From the human T2T-CHM13v2.0 reference genome, Homo sapiens, in NCBI RefSeq assembly GCF_009914755.1, contig NC_060936.1: 64,000 nt of DNA; one strand, 5' to 3'. A model generated the notes under the pieces. The model had not been told where the DNA came from and searched no databases. It saw nothing but the letters and a program-made list of their open reading frames with translations. Numbering within the stretch: position 1 is the first letter of the stretch; every line of letters begins with the position of its first letter. Shown here piece after piece: positions 11,585 to 26,944 of this stretch. A program made the translations under genes and the position numbers.

Positions 11585-13959
11585 TGTGTCCCTGAGCCAT
11601 GCCACTAACAGGGGCTGCGAGGGCTTCCGCGGCTCCTGGAAAGGCCCCAGAAGTTCCCCCAGGCACTGGCTTGCTGGCATGGACAATGTCCCATGGGAAG
11701 GATAGACTGGAGGCGAAACATCTCTCCAGAGTCTGCCGGCGACTGTCACTTAGGTGTCCTTGGCCGGAAGGAGCCCGATGCCCCCCGAAGTGGACCCCTG
11801 GCCCCATGTCGCATCCCAGCTGAAAGCCCCTCGGTGGGGAGTAAAGCGGCATGCTGTCACAGGGCCACCTGACTGCCTCTTGCCTCCTGATGCCGCTGCC
11901 ACCACCATCTGCCTGCCTCTCATGCCCTGCTGTAACACCCTGGCTTTCGCGCTGTTTCTAAAGAGCAGACCAGTGCCCGCCTCTGGACCTTCACACGTGT
12001 TGCTCTCCCTGCTAGCCTGACTCTCACGTTCCAGCCTTTGCCCAGATGCCACTTCGCACTGAAGCCTGGTGGCCGCCCGGCCCCTCCTGGATACACCATG
12101 TTCTCCACCTGCCTTATTTTCCTCCTGAGCATCCTCATCCCCAGTGCACTGGCCGGCTCCCTTGCCTGCTATCTGCTCCTTCCCCTGGAACATGAGCAGG
12201 CACCTTGCCCCACTGTGTCCCTGTCCCCACAATGGGTCACTCGGCACAGATGCCAAATAATCAAACTGCCGCCTTCATGGCCTCTTGGAGCTCAGTCCCA
12301 CTGCTGTCCCCACCACCCCCTTCTCCAGCCACATGGGCCTCCTCCCAGCCCCTGGAGCTCTCCACGCTGCCCACATCAGGGGCTGGCAGGGAAGGTTGGG
12401 GGAAAAGTGCTTCCAGCATTTCAGGCCAGCAAAAGCCATTAAAGAGCCTGAACACCTGGGCTCAAATCCCAGCTCTGATACTGGCCCGCTGTGTGGTCTT
12501 AGAGTAGTTACTTAACCTCTCTGTTCTCCATGTTCTTCTTTTGGATTAATTTTTCAACACTATTCTTTTTCAATTGGTTAGTGATTAGTGAAATAACTAA
12601 TGTTGATTATTAATTAACACCCACTTCATAGAGGTGTTTTGAATTTTCCTTGGCATCTATTAAGTTCTCTGTGTTATGTTTTAGTCCCAAGAGGAGAAAA
12701 CCCTTTCCCACTGGACGTGTGTAGCCCTGTGTGATGTCACTTAAACACCAGGTACAGGGTGGGAGGGAGGGACTCATGAGGCAACCAGGGCTGCACCAAC
12801 AGGATGATGGACAGCTACCGCCGCATTGGTAAAATGACGGTGAGAAATCGGAATGTGGCTGCTGTCATTTATTAAGCACCTACTATATGCAGGGCACTAT
12901 GCTTGCCCAGGCACTGTGTCATTTGAGGCTGAGGGTTGGGTGCTGTGGTCACTGCATCCCAGCAGAGCAACAGACTCAGGGAAGCTGAGCAAGGGCTAAA
13001 AGCCACAGCTGGAACATGGCCGATGAGAATGTCAGAACTCACAGCCAGTCTGCTCCCGGCCACTGCCCCACTTCTGGGTTGAGATGACTTACACCAGCCA
13101 CTGCCATCTTGGAGCACTACGGGGGCCAGGGCAGAGAAGCAGCGTTCGACTTCCTCGCGGCCCACCTGGCCTGGGTGGCCGATTGTGCAGCTGCTTAATT
13201 CTGCCATTTTGGCTTAATTCTGGCTAATTTTGTGCTTCTCTTTATTTTGGAAGGGGGCACTGCCAAAGGCAGACTGTATCATCTTTATTTAGTTCTGGGA
13301 AGGAAGTTGTTAGCGAGAGGAGGGCGCCACCTTCCCTACCAGGACTCGCTAGGTAGATTCACCAGGCACCGAAACAGCTCCGGGCGTGGTCCTGCGGCCT
13401 CAGAGTCACTGAGGATAAAGGGGTGGCGGATGCTATGCTGGGCTCTTGCTTCGGGGTGCCAGTGAGATGAGGGTTTATAGATCAGATGGATGGAAACAAG
13501 TACAGGGAAGAAGTCTTTGCATTTCTACGGTTAATGAACCAAGTCCGTACAAAGCAGCTGTCAGAAAGGCGTGAGCGGGAGAAGCACTCGGCCCTCGAAG
13601 ACAGCCTCAGTTTCATCACAGATGCCATGGCTGGGAGGACAAGGTTTGCTGGGGCTTGTTTTGGCTTCAGCATCTATCTCTCCAAATCTTACCTGTTTCT
13701 GCAAAGCCCTCATCCCCCTCCAGCCACTGCCCATGTATCTGCCTCCCATCTCACACGCTCTTCCAGCCCTTCCAGTCAGCCTCCCTCCTGTCACTCGGCT
13801 GAGATTCTCCCACTAAGGCAGCCGAGGAGTCCCTGCAGCCCGAACCCATGGCCACTTTCGTGCCCTGACTGGACCAAATCCCTCAGCAGCACCCGACACC
13901 AGGGCTGCTCCTCCTGGACATGCCCTGGACTCTGGCCCCCGTGGGGCGCGCTGACCTGG

Positions 13960-14870
13960 TCTCTCCCCCTGACCTCTGCAATGACCTCCCGCTGATCTCT
14001 AAATCCTGGAGGGGCCACGGCTCTATTTATACCATTCCTTAGGTGATCTTAGCCAGCTTTGAGGTTTTAATTGCCACATAATTCCAAATGAACCCTTCAT
14101 CCCCGTCCCCCGCCCCCCCGCCACCCATACCCAACTGCCTACTCATTATCCCCACATGGATGTACAGGAGGAAGCTCAAATTTAGCCTGTCCGAAATAGA
14201 ATTCTTGATTTTCTTCCTCAAACAAGTTCCCTCCCCAAGCTGTGCCATCTCGGCCAAGGACACCATCATCCCCTCAGCTCCTCCAGATGCAAAGCTGACA
14301 GTCATTCTTGACTTCCTGCCCCCTTTCCCGCCTTGTTCAACATCCAGATCTTTGAGAAAAAAAAAAACCTCCCAATTTAAAAAAATGTGCACCCAAACTC
14401 CCCCCACCCATGTCTGCCGTTCTCTCCTGTGTCCAACGCTGCCACCTCATCTCTCCCCTAGACTATGGTAGACTACGGCAGAAGAGCCCTTTCTGCCCCG
14501 AGACAGCTCCTCCTCTCCCCTGGACCATAACCAGCTCCTCAGAGCCCTTTCTGCCCCGAGACAGCTCCTCCAGAGCCACTGGCTGCACCAGAGATTGCCC
14601 CACAGCCATTCTCCTTCAAGAGCACAAAGGCTGCCAACTGCACCGGGAACAAAATCCAGACTCCTGGCTGCAGCCAACAGGCTCCTCTGTGATCCAGCCT
14701 CTTCTCTGCCCTCACCTCTCACCTCTGCCCCTTCCTCACTGTGCTTTTGCCACACTGGCTTCGCTCAGTTCCATGATCACGTCAAGGTCATCCCCAACTC
14801 CAGGTCTTAGCGAGTGCCATTCCTGCTGTCCGACATGCTTGTCCCTGCATCACCACGTGGCCAGCCCTTC
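13960..14870 (+). mobile_element. Degenerate L2 fragments
   Basis: L2-like tracts such as aagctcaaatttagcctgtccgaaatagaattcttgattttc and aaaatccagactcctgg; boundaries approximate. Confidence 0.55.
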
Positions 14871-14876
14871 ACGGCG

Positions 14877-15292
14877 TGATGGGGTTTAGGATGTGTTCCC
14901 TCCAAACCTCAGGTTGAAATGTGACCCCTGTGTTGGAGGTGGGGCCTGGTGGGAGGTGTCTGGGTCACGGGGGCATAGCCCTCATGAATAGCTTGGTGCC
15001 CTCCCCATAGCGATAAGTGAGTTCTTGCTCTGAGTTCACTCGAGAGCTGGTTGTTTAAGGGAGCCTGGCTCCTCCTCCCTGTCTCTTGCTACCTTTCTCA
15101 CCATGTGATGCACCTGCTCCCACTTTGCCTTCTGCCATGTTTGGAAGCTTCCTGAGGCCTCACCAGAAGCTGAGCAGATGCTGGTGCCATGCTTGTACAG
15201 CCTGCAGAACTGTGAGATAAATTCGCTTCTTTTCTTTACAAAATACCCAGTCTCAGGTATTTCTTTATAACAACACAAAACGGACAAAGACA
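14877..15292 (+). mobile_element. MST (MSTB-like) MaLR solo LTR
   Basis: tgatggggtttaggatgtgttccctccaaacctcaggttgaaatg...tacccagtctcaggtatttctttataacaacacaaaacggacaaagaca; TG...CA ends. Confidence 0.88.
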
Positions 15293-17494
15293 TGGCAAGT
15301 GTCCTGACCAGTGACCAGAGATTATTTTATTTACGTGTTTATTCTATGTCATCCTTTCCATCCCACTCCCTACCCTTGTCCATGAGAACCACAGGATCAC
15401 AGGACTTGTTTCCCTGTCTACTGGTGCACCCCCGGCCCAGAACAGTCTCTGACACATGGTGAGGCAGAATCAATGACAGCAAAGGTGAGGCCTCTCGCCT
15501 AAAACATCTGTCCCACGCCCCCAGCCCACACTCCCCTCTCCATCCCTCACAGCCTCCCACATGACTCTGCAGCAATGCTGTAACCTGCTTGGTACCGTTC
15601 TAATTCCATGTAATTCTCACTTTCTCAACTGGACTAGAAATGGCTCCACTTCCGTGTGTGCACTCCACAGGCAACAGGAGTCTAATTAACATTTTCTAAG
15701 TGGAATTAAAGCAATGATTTTGAGTGGAGGATTCATCCTGTGGCTGTCTAGAAACTAGACTTTAACACTTGAGGAGCCTAGAGAAGATTGGATCCTCACT
15801 ACCAAAGATTCCACATTTCACCAAACCCACAGTCAAAACTGTGAACCAGAGACATAAGCTGGTTCTCCTGGAGGCCATCACACTGGCGGAGTTAGTCACG
15901 CAGCTATAATAAAACATCTCTCGGAGATGGGCTTTGAGACTGATGAGGGTAGAGTGAAGTGGATGGCGAAAAAAAGTTTAAGCCAAAAATAGGAGAGATA
16001 TTGGCTGCAAAGGCTGAAATTCGTGGTGTTAGGTGGATGGTAGGGGAAAAGATAGCTCAGTCAGGGGGTGGTGGGGGCCGTAAGTTTAATATTAGTGAGG
16101 TCTACGAACCAGCCAAAAAAAAGAGAAATAGACAAGGCTCACAAACACACGGACATGCTAAATATATCCATCCATCCTGGCATAAGGACATACTGATTCA
16201 TTCTGCACAGCGTTACTTTTCTAAATGTAGCCAGTGTGCATGTCTCTGTTGAAACATCTATAGAAAAATCAGTGTTGCAAGGCTGAGGTATTAATCAATG
16301 TTTCTTTCTATCACTAACCCTCTATTTCTCCTCCATTCCCCTCCCACTTCCCATCCTGAGGGCTCCATTCCATGCTCACTGCCTCAGGGAGGATGAGAGA
16401 TGGGTCAGGGAAGAGCAGAAACTGGGGACTCCCCTGGGCTTTGGTCTGCAGAGATAAGGGGAATCAAGAAGACAGCATACAGAGGGGTTACTGTGAGAAA
16501 CTGAGACTAGATTTCCCTTCTAATCTGCAGAAATATATTGCTTCACCAGAGGCAGACAAATTAGCTGAGAAGAACCGATGCATGTATAGACACTGGTGGA
16601 TGGGCTCTTGGCTCTGCTTTCTGGAAAGTTCCAGAGAGCTGACTCCTACAGAACTCACGGCTAGCATGGGGAGTTGAGAAAATGGAGCTTAAACAGCCTG
16701 GCAGGGATTTCTGAACGACCCTGGGATAGCTAAGAGCCCACGTGAATGCATACAACTGAACAATTAAATTCTTTCATGTCTTATATTTTACAATGTCTTC
16801 AAGTAACTTTTACCCTTGTCTCTGAAATAATGGAAACAACTGGTAGACGGTGGCTTGTCTACTTTTACAGCCTACATATAAGCAATACGCATCGGATAGA
16901 ATGGTGGGAATCTGTGTGTGTACACCTGGATGAGGGCAGGATGGAATCCCACAACATCTTGGCTTTGGGTCACCCTGCACCCCAGCCTAGATCTCACCTT
17001 GGTGTGCCAATCAACTGCCTCAGGTCTCTCAGATCTACTCTCTCTCCTTCTCTTGTTTTGCTCTGTATCAGAAAGAGCTACACTTCCCAGACGCCCTCGC
17101 CCTCTGCTTCTGGGTGGTCAGTCAACAGGCAGCATCGGCGGGAGGGAAGCCAGGGATTTCTACCCCTCTCTCTGCCTCTCGAGCTGTCTCCTGTAGAGGC
17201 TCCGTCTCCTGTAGAGGCTCCATCTCCTGTCTCTAACCCACGGTCTCTGCTCCTGACTCTGAGATCATCATCACCCCCACTGTCCCTTCAGCCTTAGAGG
17301 TGATGCCAGGTTCACAATGCAGCCATCTGGCTTCTTAGTTCTTCCACCCTGTGTGTCACAATCCCCTGTATTAATGTCCCTCCATTTGAAATACCTTGGC
17401 TGGCTCCTGCTTTTTGACTGAAGTCTGACCGGTAGACTGAAGGAAAAGGATGAAGCCAACTCCAAATTGATGACACATTTCTATCACTCTTTCA

Positions 17495-17874
<380 letters not shown>

Positions 17875-20491
17875 TCACAGACTTACTGTGACAATTCTAA
17901 GTTAAAAAAAAAACTCACGGAAATGTTGATTTTGCTGACCACCTACAAAGCAGAAAATAAATCTATCCAGGAAAATGTACAATCTGATAATGTTTTTGTT
18001 TACTTATCTACAATTTAGCTTGGATTTTTTACTATCCCTTAGTTTGCTTGAAATTTTCCTATCAAAAAATAAATGGTTTTGATGCTTCTTCCCAACTAGG
18101 AAAGCTTGTTCCGGTCCCAGCTGTCAGACAATCCCGGGCTGATAGCTACTTTAATGAATCAGCAGCAGAAGTGTAAATCGGGGTACAGGGAGATGGGGGT
18201 GAAGATAGAGGTGCTTGGTTTACCTCAAGAGTTATAACATCACGGGGCAAAGGCAGGTTCGGTAAGTTCCAGCTGCCATTTCTCTCCAAGGGCCAGGAAA
18301 CAACATCTTAAGATAAAAGTCACTGGCCATAAACAACCTTATTCAAGGAAAATAATCTCGTCTGCAGGGCACCTGTGGTGTGAAGGCTGAGACCTGTGAG
18401 TTCAGCAACAGAATCGGCCAAGTGGGGGCTGCAGTAAACCCCTCGGCTTACCGGCCAGTCCACAGGACTAAAAGAGAGGCCAAATGCCAACTCACCCCGG
18501 AACTCAGCCACACCATAAAAGAGGGAGATGTGGTCAGAGTTCAGTGGGAGGGTGGGGAGCGAAGTGGGAAGCGGTCTACACAGCAGCTCCCGAGCCCCCT
18601 GTGTGTAGCAACAATCAAAACCCACGTTAGTGTTTATCACAGATCACCACCTACAAATGGTGGGAAAATGGTGTTCTTATTCCGGTATGCACATTGCTGG
18701 CACAGTTTTCCCAGAGAACCTGCCTGAGACCCAGCCCAGCTCCAGACATCAGCCTCCACATGCTCACCTAAACACATCTGAGGATTACTAAGTTCTAGAA
18801 GTACTGTTATGCTAAGTACTGAACACACATCACCCATTTAATCGGCACAACAACGCTTGAAGCAGGTGATATTTTTATTCCCATTTACAGAGAAGGAAAC
18901 CAAGGCCCAGAGCGGTTAAGCAACGTGTTCAAGTTTGCCCAGCTAGGCCAGGCTCAAGCCAGGATTTGCACCTAGCGAGCCCAGCTCACTCTCCCTCCAC
19001 TGTCTCTGCTCTCTGCTGTCTAAGAGGCCTCCTCCAGGACCTCTCTCATATTTGCGGGATGTGCTGATGTTTGCTGGGACTCTCTTCAAGGCAGTACACA
19101 TGAGAACCTTTTCTGCAGTGCCCTGAAGTCACTCCGCCTCCTTCCTTCCAGAGTTCTCAGGCCACCACGCACACTGTTCGTGCCTCTGTCACAGAGCCAT
19201 CTGCACTTCTGGGGGGCAATCGCACTTTCCTTCTCACAACTTCCACAAGCAGCTAGGAGTCTCTCGGTTCCTGGGAGTGCAAGGGGCCCAAGGATTCCCA
19301 AAGGGAGTCTGAAAACCTCGGGTTTCGCCCAGAGACAGAATCCCACCACACCCTGACACCGGGCTTCCGCCTCCCCGCGCAGAGACCTTCCCAGGGCACG
19401 TGCTGTCATTCATGGGAAGGCTTCACATCTGAAAAGTACTCAGGATTATGCGCCACGGCCAAAACTGCCTGTCTGAAACGCTCTGCCTGTGGCAGGATTT
19501 ATTTTTAAAGCAGCGATATTTATAGCTGACTGTCGACATTCACGCCAGCACTTAAGCTGCCTACAAATGTCAGGGTGCCGCTATCCCAGGGAAAAGCTCG
19601 GATGTGACACGGAACGAACGAACCTGAAGCAAACTGAATTATCTCCTCAACGTCAGATCAAACGTGGACTTGTCCCGTGCTTGGATGCTGCCTTGCCTGA
19701 GCGAAGAAATTAAGGAAAAACCAATTTCCCCAAATAGGAGCTAACGGTGACACTTTGAATGTCACATTAGTGGGATCTGCTACGCGTGGTAGAAATAATG
19801 AAGCATTTATGTACACACGATTTGCTTTCACCCAGCACCTGGCAGAAGGAATGCAAGCACTCACAGAACCCACGTCTTCAAAAGCAAGAAAGACAAGGTC
19901 TTTAAAGCTGTTTGTTTTCATGGCATCACGACTGTCTGTCCTAGTCACAGAAGTCACACTCATTAAGAATGAGAATGTGTGTGAAAAACATTCATGTGAA
20001 TTCAGTGAGGTCTATTTCAGCCCAAGTATTTTAGTTTCTCAAACTGGGAAAAAAATGGATCCTTAGGAGTTCCTTTGGGGGAAAAAAAAAGAGAGAGAGA
20101 GAGAGAAAGATTTTCCTGAGTGTTGATTGGTCTTTGATCCTAAAGCCTCCTTCCTTCTCCTCTGGCCCTGATGAATCCTAGAGATGCAGGGGTGGCAACA
20201 TTCATCCATGCTGCTTTGGGAGGGTTATTTTTCTCACACACAGTTTCTGTCCTGCCCCAGTGGCTCCCGGCTGTGAGCCCGGGATTTTGGCCAGCCAAGT
20301 AGAGGGGATCTTATCAGCTGGACCTGTGTTCAATGCCATTTCCAACACGTACAGGCTGTGTGCCCTGGGGTGAGTTAGGTACCTCTCTGAACCTCAGGTT
20401 CCACGTTTATTGAATGGCAACAAAAAATACCGTCCTTCCTAGGTTGTCGCAAGAATGAGATTAAATGTTAGATTCAAAGGGATCTGCACAG

Positions 20492-21258
<767 letters not shown>

Positions 21259-22004
21259 TGGTTTTCAATTTTAATGTCTCCATGGAGTGCTGTTCTGTAT
21301 GTTTTTATGTCACTCCTAGTGGTTGCCCCAGGGAACTCAATATACATATTTAAATTTAAACAATCTACTCAGAATTAAAACTTGCCATTCCAAGTGGAAT
21401 TCTTACATGCTCCATCTATATACCTGAAACCCCATCACAGTGTTCTACATTTTCGTTGAAGTGTCATTTATGTACATGAAAGAGTCTACCAGGAGAAAAA
21501 CAGCCTGGTCTAGCCTGTTACATTTACCCGGATATCCGCCCTTTCTGTTTCTCTCCTCTGTCCAGTGTTTCCTGAGCACCAACTACGTCCAGGTGGCCCG
21601 ACAGGCACTGGAGACACAGTGGACACAAAGCTGAGAGGCCCTGGCTTGTGTGGGGCTGACATCCCAGTGGGAAAGACAAGCGTTGATCGGGTGAGGATAT
21701 AAAAATGCAAGCTTGTGATGCATGGGTAAACTGAGGCTCACAGAGATGACTCAGCCCCTTGTGAGTACATCCCACACTCTGGGACAGAGCGCTCATTCTG
21801 TATCACTGCGCTGGGGACAGGGACAGAGCGGTTCAGAAGGACAGACCCCGCCCTGGCCCTCCTGGAGCCCACTCCACACCCCAGCAAGCATCAGGCCTAG
21901 AAGTTGGCACCTCCCCGCCACCACGGTTCTCCCTGCACTGCTCTGCCCCCGCCTCCACAGTCTCACGGTAAGATGGTGGATGCAAACGTGCTTTGAAAGA
22001 TGCA

Positions 22005-22315
22005 AAGCACAGTGGCTCATGCCTGTAATCCCAGCACTTTAGGAGGCCAAGGCAGGCAGATCACCCGAGGTCAAGAGTTCGAGACCAGCCTGGCCAACAT
22101 GCTGAAACCCCGTCTCTACTCAAAATACAAAAATTAGCCAGGCATGGTGGCAGGCACCTGTAATCCCAGCTACTCAGGAAGCTGAAGAGGGAGAATCGCT
22201 TGAACCCAGGAGGCGGAGTTTGCAGTGAACTGAGATTGCCCCACTGCACTCCAGCCTGGGCAACAGAGTGAAACCCTGTCTCAAAAAAAAAAAAAGAAAG
22301 AAAAGAAAAGAAAGA
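22005..22315 (+). mobile_element. AluS element
   Basis: Alu consensus with A/GAAA tail. Confidence 0.95.
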
Positions 22316-22439
22316 GCAAAGTAGGAGTCAGGTAACCCACGGAGGCCTCCAGGACCCTGCACTCCAGCCCTGTGTGCTGGTTACTCAGGACACACCCTCT
22401 TCCCTGCTGTCCAGAGCACTTGGCCTTATGTGGGAAAAG

Positions 22440-22860
22440 GATGCATTTGTGACCGCTGGGTCACAAAGTACCACAACTGGCACTTCTGCTTAAGACAATG
22501 GAAAGTGTCCTCTCACAGCCCTGGAGCACAGAAGGCTGAAATCCAGGTGTCGGCAGGGCCGGATCCTCTCGTGGAACCTCTGAGGGAGAAGCCGCCCCAT
22601 GCCCCGCTCCAGCTGCTGGCGTGGCCACGATGCTTGGTGATCTTTGACCAGAAGACACCTCACTCCCATCCCCTTGGGTGTCTCTGTGCCTCTTCTTCTT
22701 ATAAGGACAACAGTCCTTGGGTTTAGGGCCTGCCCTACTCCAAGATGACCTTATATTAATGACATCTGGACAGACTCATTTTCAAATAAGGTCATATTCA
22801 CAGATACATAGATTTAGGACTTGGGCGTCATTTGGGGGAACACAGCTGGCCCTCTACATG
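22440..22860 (-). mobile_element. MLT1 MaLR LTR
   Basis: acaaagtaccacaactgg...ctcacagccctggagc...ttcaaataaggtcatattcacag; boundaries approximate. Confidence 0.75.
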
Positions 22861-23730
22861 CCCTGAAATGATGAGGGGGGCTGCTTCACTTGCTCCCCAT
22901 CTGCCTGGATTCATGCCTCTGGACACCTGCCCCAGACCAAGCCATCAGCCACGCTGGTACATGCCCTAGTGGCTCCCGCCTCAGTGCTGCCCGTTGTCTC
23001 CTCTTGCCCCTGTGAGATTTCCCCAGGGATGTTGCTTGGTCAGGCCACTGTCATCACGTGGGCCTCAGCTGAAGTGTCACCCCCTAACAGACATGTGCAG
23101 GGTGCCCTGCGCTCCCCTCTCCCTCCAGGTCACCCTGGCTCATCACCGTCTTCCTCCGTCTCTGAAATTCTTATCTATTTGCTGGATGACCTGATTTTTT
23201 TTCTGAGCTCCTCCCACCCCAGTAGAAGGTAAGTTTCATGAAAACAAAAATAACCTTGGACTTGCTCCTCGTTTTACTCCAAGCATCTGGCATGGTACCT
23301 GGCTATCCTTCTGTCTATTCTAGTAGATTCCTTTGAGGGTGTATATCAATGAAATTGCTCACGGTATTAGCAATTCTTGATCACTAACCTCTCCAGCACC
23401 AGCCACTATGTTAGATCACTGGGCACATTCTATGCTTTGAACCCTTACATCTAGAAAGGTACTTTATGGCCACTTTAAAGATGAGAGAACACCCCGGTTC
23501 TCAGAAATTAGTTAGCTTGATCACACGTAAACAACTAGTTAATCATCAAATTCAAATTTGAACTCAGAATGGTCTAACTAAAAGCCCAAAGTCTTTGAAT
23601 TAGGTCATGCTACTGAGATCAACGGGAACGTCCCCCTAGGGTGGGTGATGATTCTGCCGCTGACTCATTGGACCTAAACTGTAAAGCATTGTGGACCACG
23701 GCGGAGAGTACGTCCATGCCTGTAGCCATG

Positions 23731-24097
23731 TGATACGGTTTGGCTGTGCCCCACCCAAATCTCATCTTGAATAGTAACTCCAGTAATTCCCATGTCTTGT
23801 GGGAGGGACCTGGTGGGAGATAATTGGATCATGGGGGCGGTGTCCCCCACACTGTTCTGTGGTAGTTAATAAATCTCACAAGATCTGAAGGTTTTATCAG
23901 TGGAAACCCCTTTCTCTTGATTCTCATTCCCTTCTCTTCTCTTGCCTGCTCCCACGTGACACATGACTTTCACCTACCACCATGATTGTGAGGCCTCCCC
24001 AGCCACATAGAATAGTGAGTCCATTAAACCTCTTTCCTGTATAAATTACCCAGTCTCGAGTATGTCTTTATTAGCAGCATGAAAAAGGACTAAACCA
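23731..24097 (+). mobile_element. THE1 MaLR solo LTR
   Basis: tgatacggtttggctgtgccccacccaaatctcatcttgaat...ataaattacccagtctcgagtatgtctttattagcagcatgaaa; near-TSD ccatg/ccatc. Confidence 0.92.
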
Positions 24098-24539
24098 CCA
24101 TCTCACTGTCCTCACTCCGGTCTCAGCAGCCCTGCTGAGCAGCTCTGGGGTAGAGGAGGCTGCGAGGGGTGAGGCTCCATCCACTTCCTGCAGGAGGGAT
24201 GCTTCTGTCCACGGGAGACCAGCACACAGTGATACCTCATGAAAGGCCACGTTCCCATCACCCTGAGCCCCCTTCTATGTCGGGCCCCCAGCAGCTATGG
24301 CGCTGGGCAGGCCCGCTCCCCAGAAAGTGACCACATGATGGTTTCCTGCCTGTGATGGCCTCCTTCAGGCACACCTTTCTCTCACCTGCAGGCCACCCAG
24401 AGGAGCCAAGGAGGACCGCACACTTCTCTGCACACTGGGACTGCTGTCCTCTCCCTGAGGAGTGGGACCCTCAAGTTGTTCTGCCCAGGCCATCAGACCA
24501 TGACTGCCCCGATGTCACTGAGCAGAGTACAGAGAGACT

Positions 24540-24920
24540 GGGATGTGTATACACTGGGGGCTTAAAACAACAGCAACCCATCCTCTCATGCCCTGGAGGC
24601 CGGAAGTCTTCAGTCGAGGTGTGGACAGGGCCATGTACCCTCCGAAAGCTCCAGGGCAGGCTCTTCCCCATCTTGCCAGGCTCCTGGGCGCTCCGTGGCT
24701 CTGATCTCTGCCTCCATCCACACGTGGCTTCCTCCCTGAGCATCTGTGTCTCTATCCAAACTCCCCTCTCCTTTCTTTCCAAAGCCTGTCACTGAACGAG
24801 GGCCCTCCCTGATGTGCGACCGCACCTTCACCTAGTTACATCTCCAAACACACTATTTCCAAATTAGGCCCCGCGCCCCAGTTCTGGGTGGACATGACTG
24901 TGGGGAGGCTGATTGAATCT
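24540..24920 (-). mobile_element. MLT1 MaLR LTR
   Basis: ggcttaaaacaacag...ctctcatgccctggaggccggaagtc...ctatttccaaattagg; boundaries approximate. Confidence 0.7.
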
Positions 24921-25717
24921 ACCCCTCTGTCCAGAAGCTTCTCACCTGCCTTCTGCTCCCTGGGCTCCGTAATCACTGATTCTGCTCACAGCCTCTGGTG
25001 GGTCCACCAGTCCCTGCCTCTAACTGCTTCTAGATTGAGCTCTCTGAATCTAGAAACCTTGTGAGTGTGAAGTTAAACCGTCCTTCCCTGCCAGGACTCT
25101 AAAATAAAAGCAGCTGTCGCTCTACCGCATCCGACGAACAGAACTGTCTCACGGGCCATGGGAGAAGGGGCTGGAGAGATGCGTTCTGGCCGTGGCTGTG
25201 AGCGAAGCACCACCGGTTGCAGTCCCTTTACCCAGGAGCTGGGGAGAGGCTGAGGACCCAGAATGTCTTGTGTATCAGGCAGTAGAAACTCACATGAAAA
25301 ACACATGAGGCTTTTTTTGTTTTGTTTTTTTGCAGTGAGTAAAAAAGCCCAATGCGTTTTTTATTTGAATCTGAGAAGCTGGAGAATAAAAAGCATTTTG
25401 TTTATTTTATCACAATGCACTCACTTCTGACAGGCACCCTGCTTCAGAGGAGTGCTGGGTGTTTTGATCAGACTCCTGTGCCAGGACCTAAGAGGAGGAC
25501 TGACTCTGGGTTAAATGCAACAAGGAGTGCGGGGTGGGGAGATCCTTGTCTGACACCAGCCTGGGCTGAGGAGATGCCGGAAATCACCAACTCTCCTGTG
25601 TTTATTCCCCTTGGAGAGTCTCTGTCTATTCCAGAAAGGAACTGCAGATTGATCTGTAGATGTGACTTTATACAGTCACCTGTGAGCCCCAGAGAAGCAC
25701 CTCTGCAGAGAAGCACC

Positions 25718-25905
25718 CTGACTCCAGGCCTCCTGCTGCTCGGTCATTCTCCATGAAGGCAGCACTGACTCCAGGCCTCCGGCTGCCCCGTCATTCTCCA
25801 TGAAGGCAGCACTGACTCCAGGCCTCCGGCTGCCCAGTCATTCTCCATGAAGGCAGCACTGACTCCAGGCCTCTGGCTGCTTAGTCATTCTCCATGAAGG
25901 CAGCA
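25718..25905. repeat. 47-bp minisatellite, 4 copies
   Basis: ctgactccaggcctccggctgcccagtcattctccatgaaggcagca at 25718, 25765, 25812, 25859. Confidence 0.95.
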
Positions 25906-26567
25906 AGTGTCTGCAGTGCCGGTCGGTTCAGCGAGGCAATCTGTCAACCCCTCACTCATTCATGCGTGCACTTGCTCCGTTACTAATTCATCAATCAATC
26001 AGTATTTATCGAGTGTCTACTATATGCCAGATTTTGTGCTGGGCACTAGAACAAAGGCTGTCTTGAGGATGTTACATTTTGGTAGGGAAGACAAATACAC
26101 AGGCAGACAGTTAAAGCAGACAAGATGAGTGCGCTGAAGAAATGGAACCCAGTGATGTGCAAGTGACCAGCAAGGGGGCCTCTGGTCCTTTAGACCAGGT
26201 GGCCACGAAAGCAACATGAAACTGAGACCCAATAAGCCAGGAATCAGAAATACAAAGTGCTGAGGGAAACAGCATTCAAAAAAAAAAAAAAAAAAACACT
26301 CAGTGCAGGAAATCCGAGCTAGCCTGTGGAGAAGCCACATGAGGAGAGAAATGTCTGGCCTGCCCCCTCTCTTCCAGCCATCCCAGGAGAGGACAACATG
26401 CAGGCAAAGAGCCAGCCAAGGCTGCAGATGATTGCAACTTCAGTTGCCATCTGAGCGTAACTACCCAAGTGGAGGCCCCACGTGAGAACCATGTAGCTGC
26501 CCAGTCAACCCACACAGCCATGAGACATCAACACAAATCACTAATCTCAGCCACTCAATTTTGGGGT

Positions 26568-26944
26568 TGCATTAGTCCATTCTCACACTGCTATAAAGAC
26601 ATACCTAAAACTGAGTAATTTGTGAAGAAAAGAGGTTTAACTGACTCACAGTTCCTCAAGCTGTACAGGAGGCATGGCTGGGGAAACCTCAGGAAACTTA
26701 CAATTACAGTGGAAGGCAAAGGAAACGCAGGCACATCTTCACATGGCAACAGGAAAGAGCATGAAGCAGGAGGGGCTACACACTTTTAAACCAACAGATC
26801 TTGTGAGAACTCACTCACCATCACAACAGCAAGGGAGAAATCTGCCCCCATGATCCAATCATCTCCCACCAGGTCTCTTCCCCAACATTGAGAACTACAA
26901 TTCAACATGAGATTTGGGTGGGGACATAGAGCCAAACCATATCA
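26568..26944 (-). mobile_element. MSTA-like MaLR solo LTR nested in an older MLT1 LTR (about 26300-26980)
   Basis: tgcattagtccattctcacactgctataaagacatacct...gagatttgggtggggacatagagccaaaccatatca; the MLT1 tail (ttttggggt...tttgtgatacagcaatag) is split by it. Confidence 0.88.

Noticed and set aside
19300-19800. Mildly CpG-enriched unique sequence as a possible alternative promoter
   Set aside because: CpG density looks too low for an island by eye, and I could not define an exon or start site.
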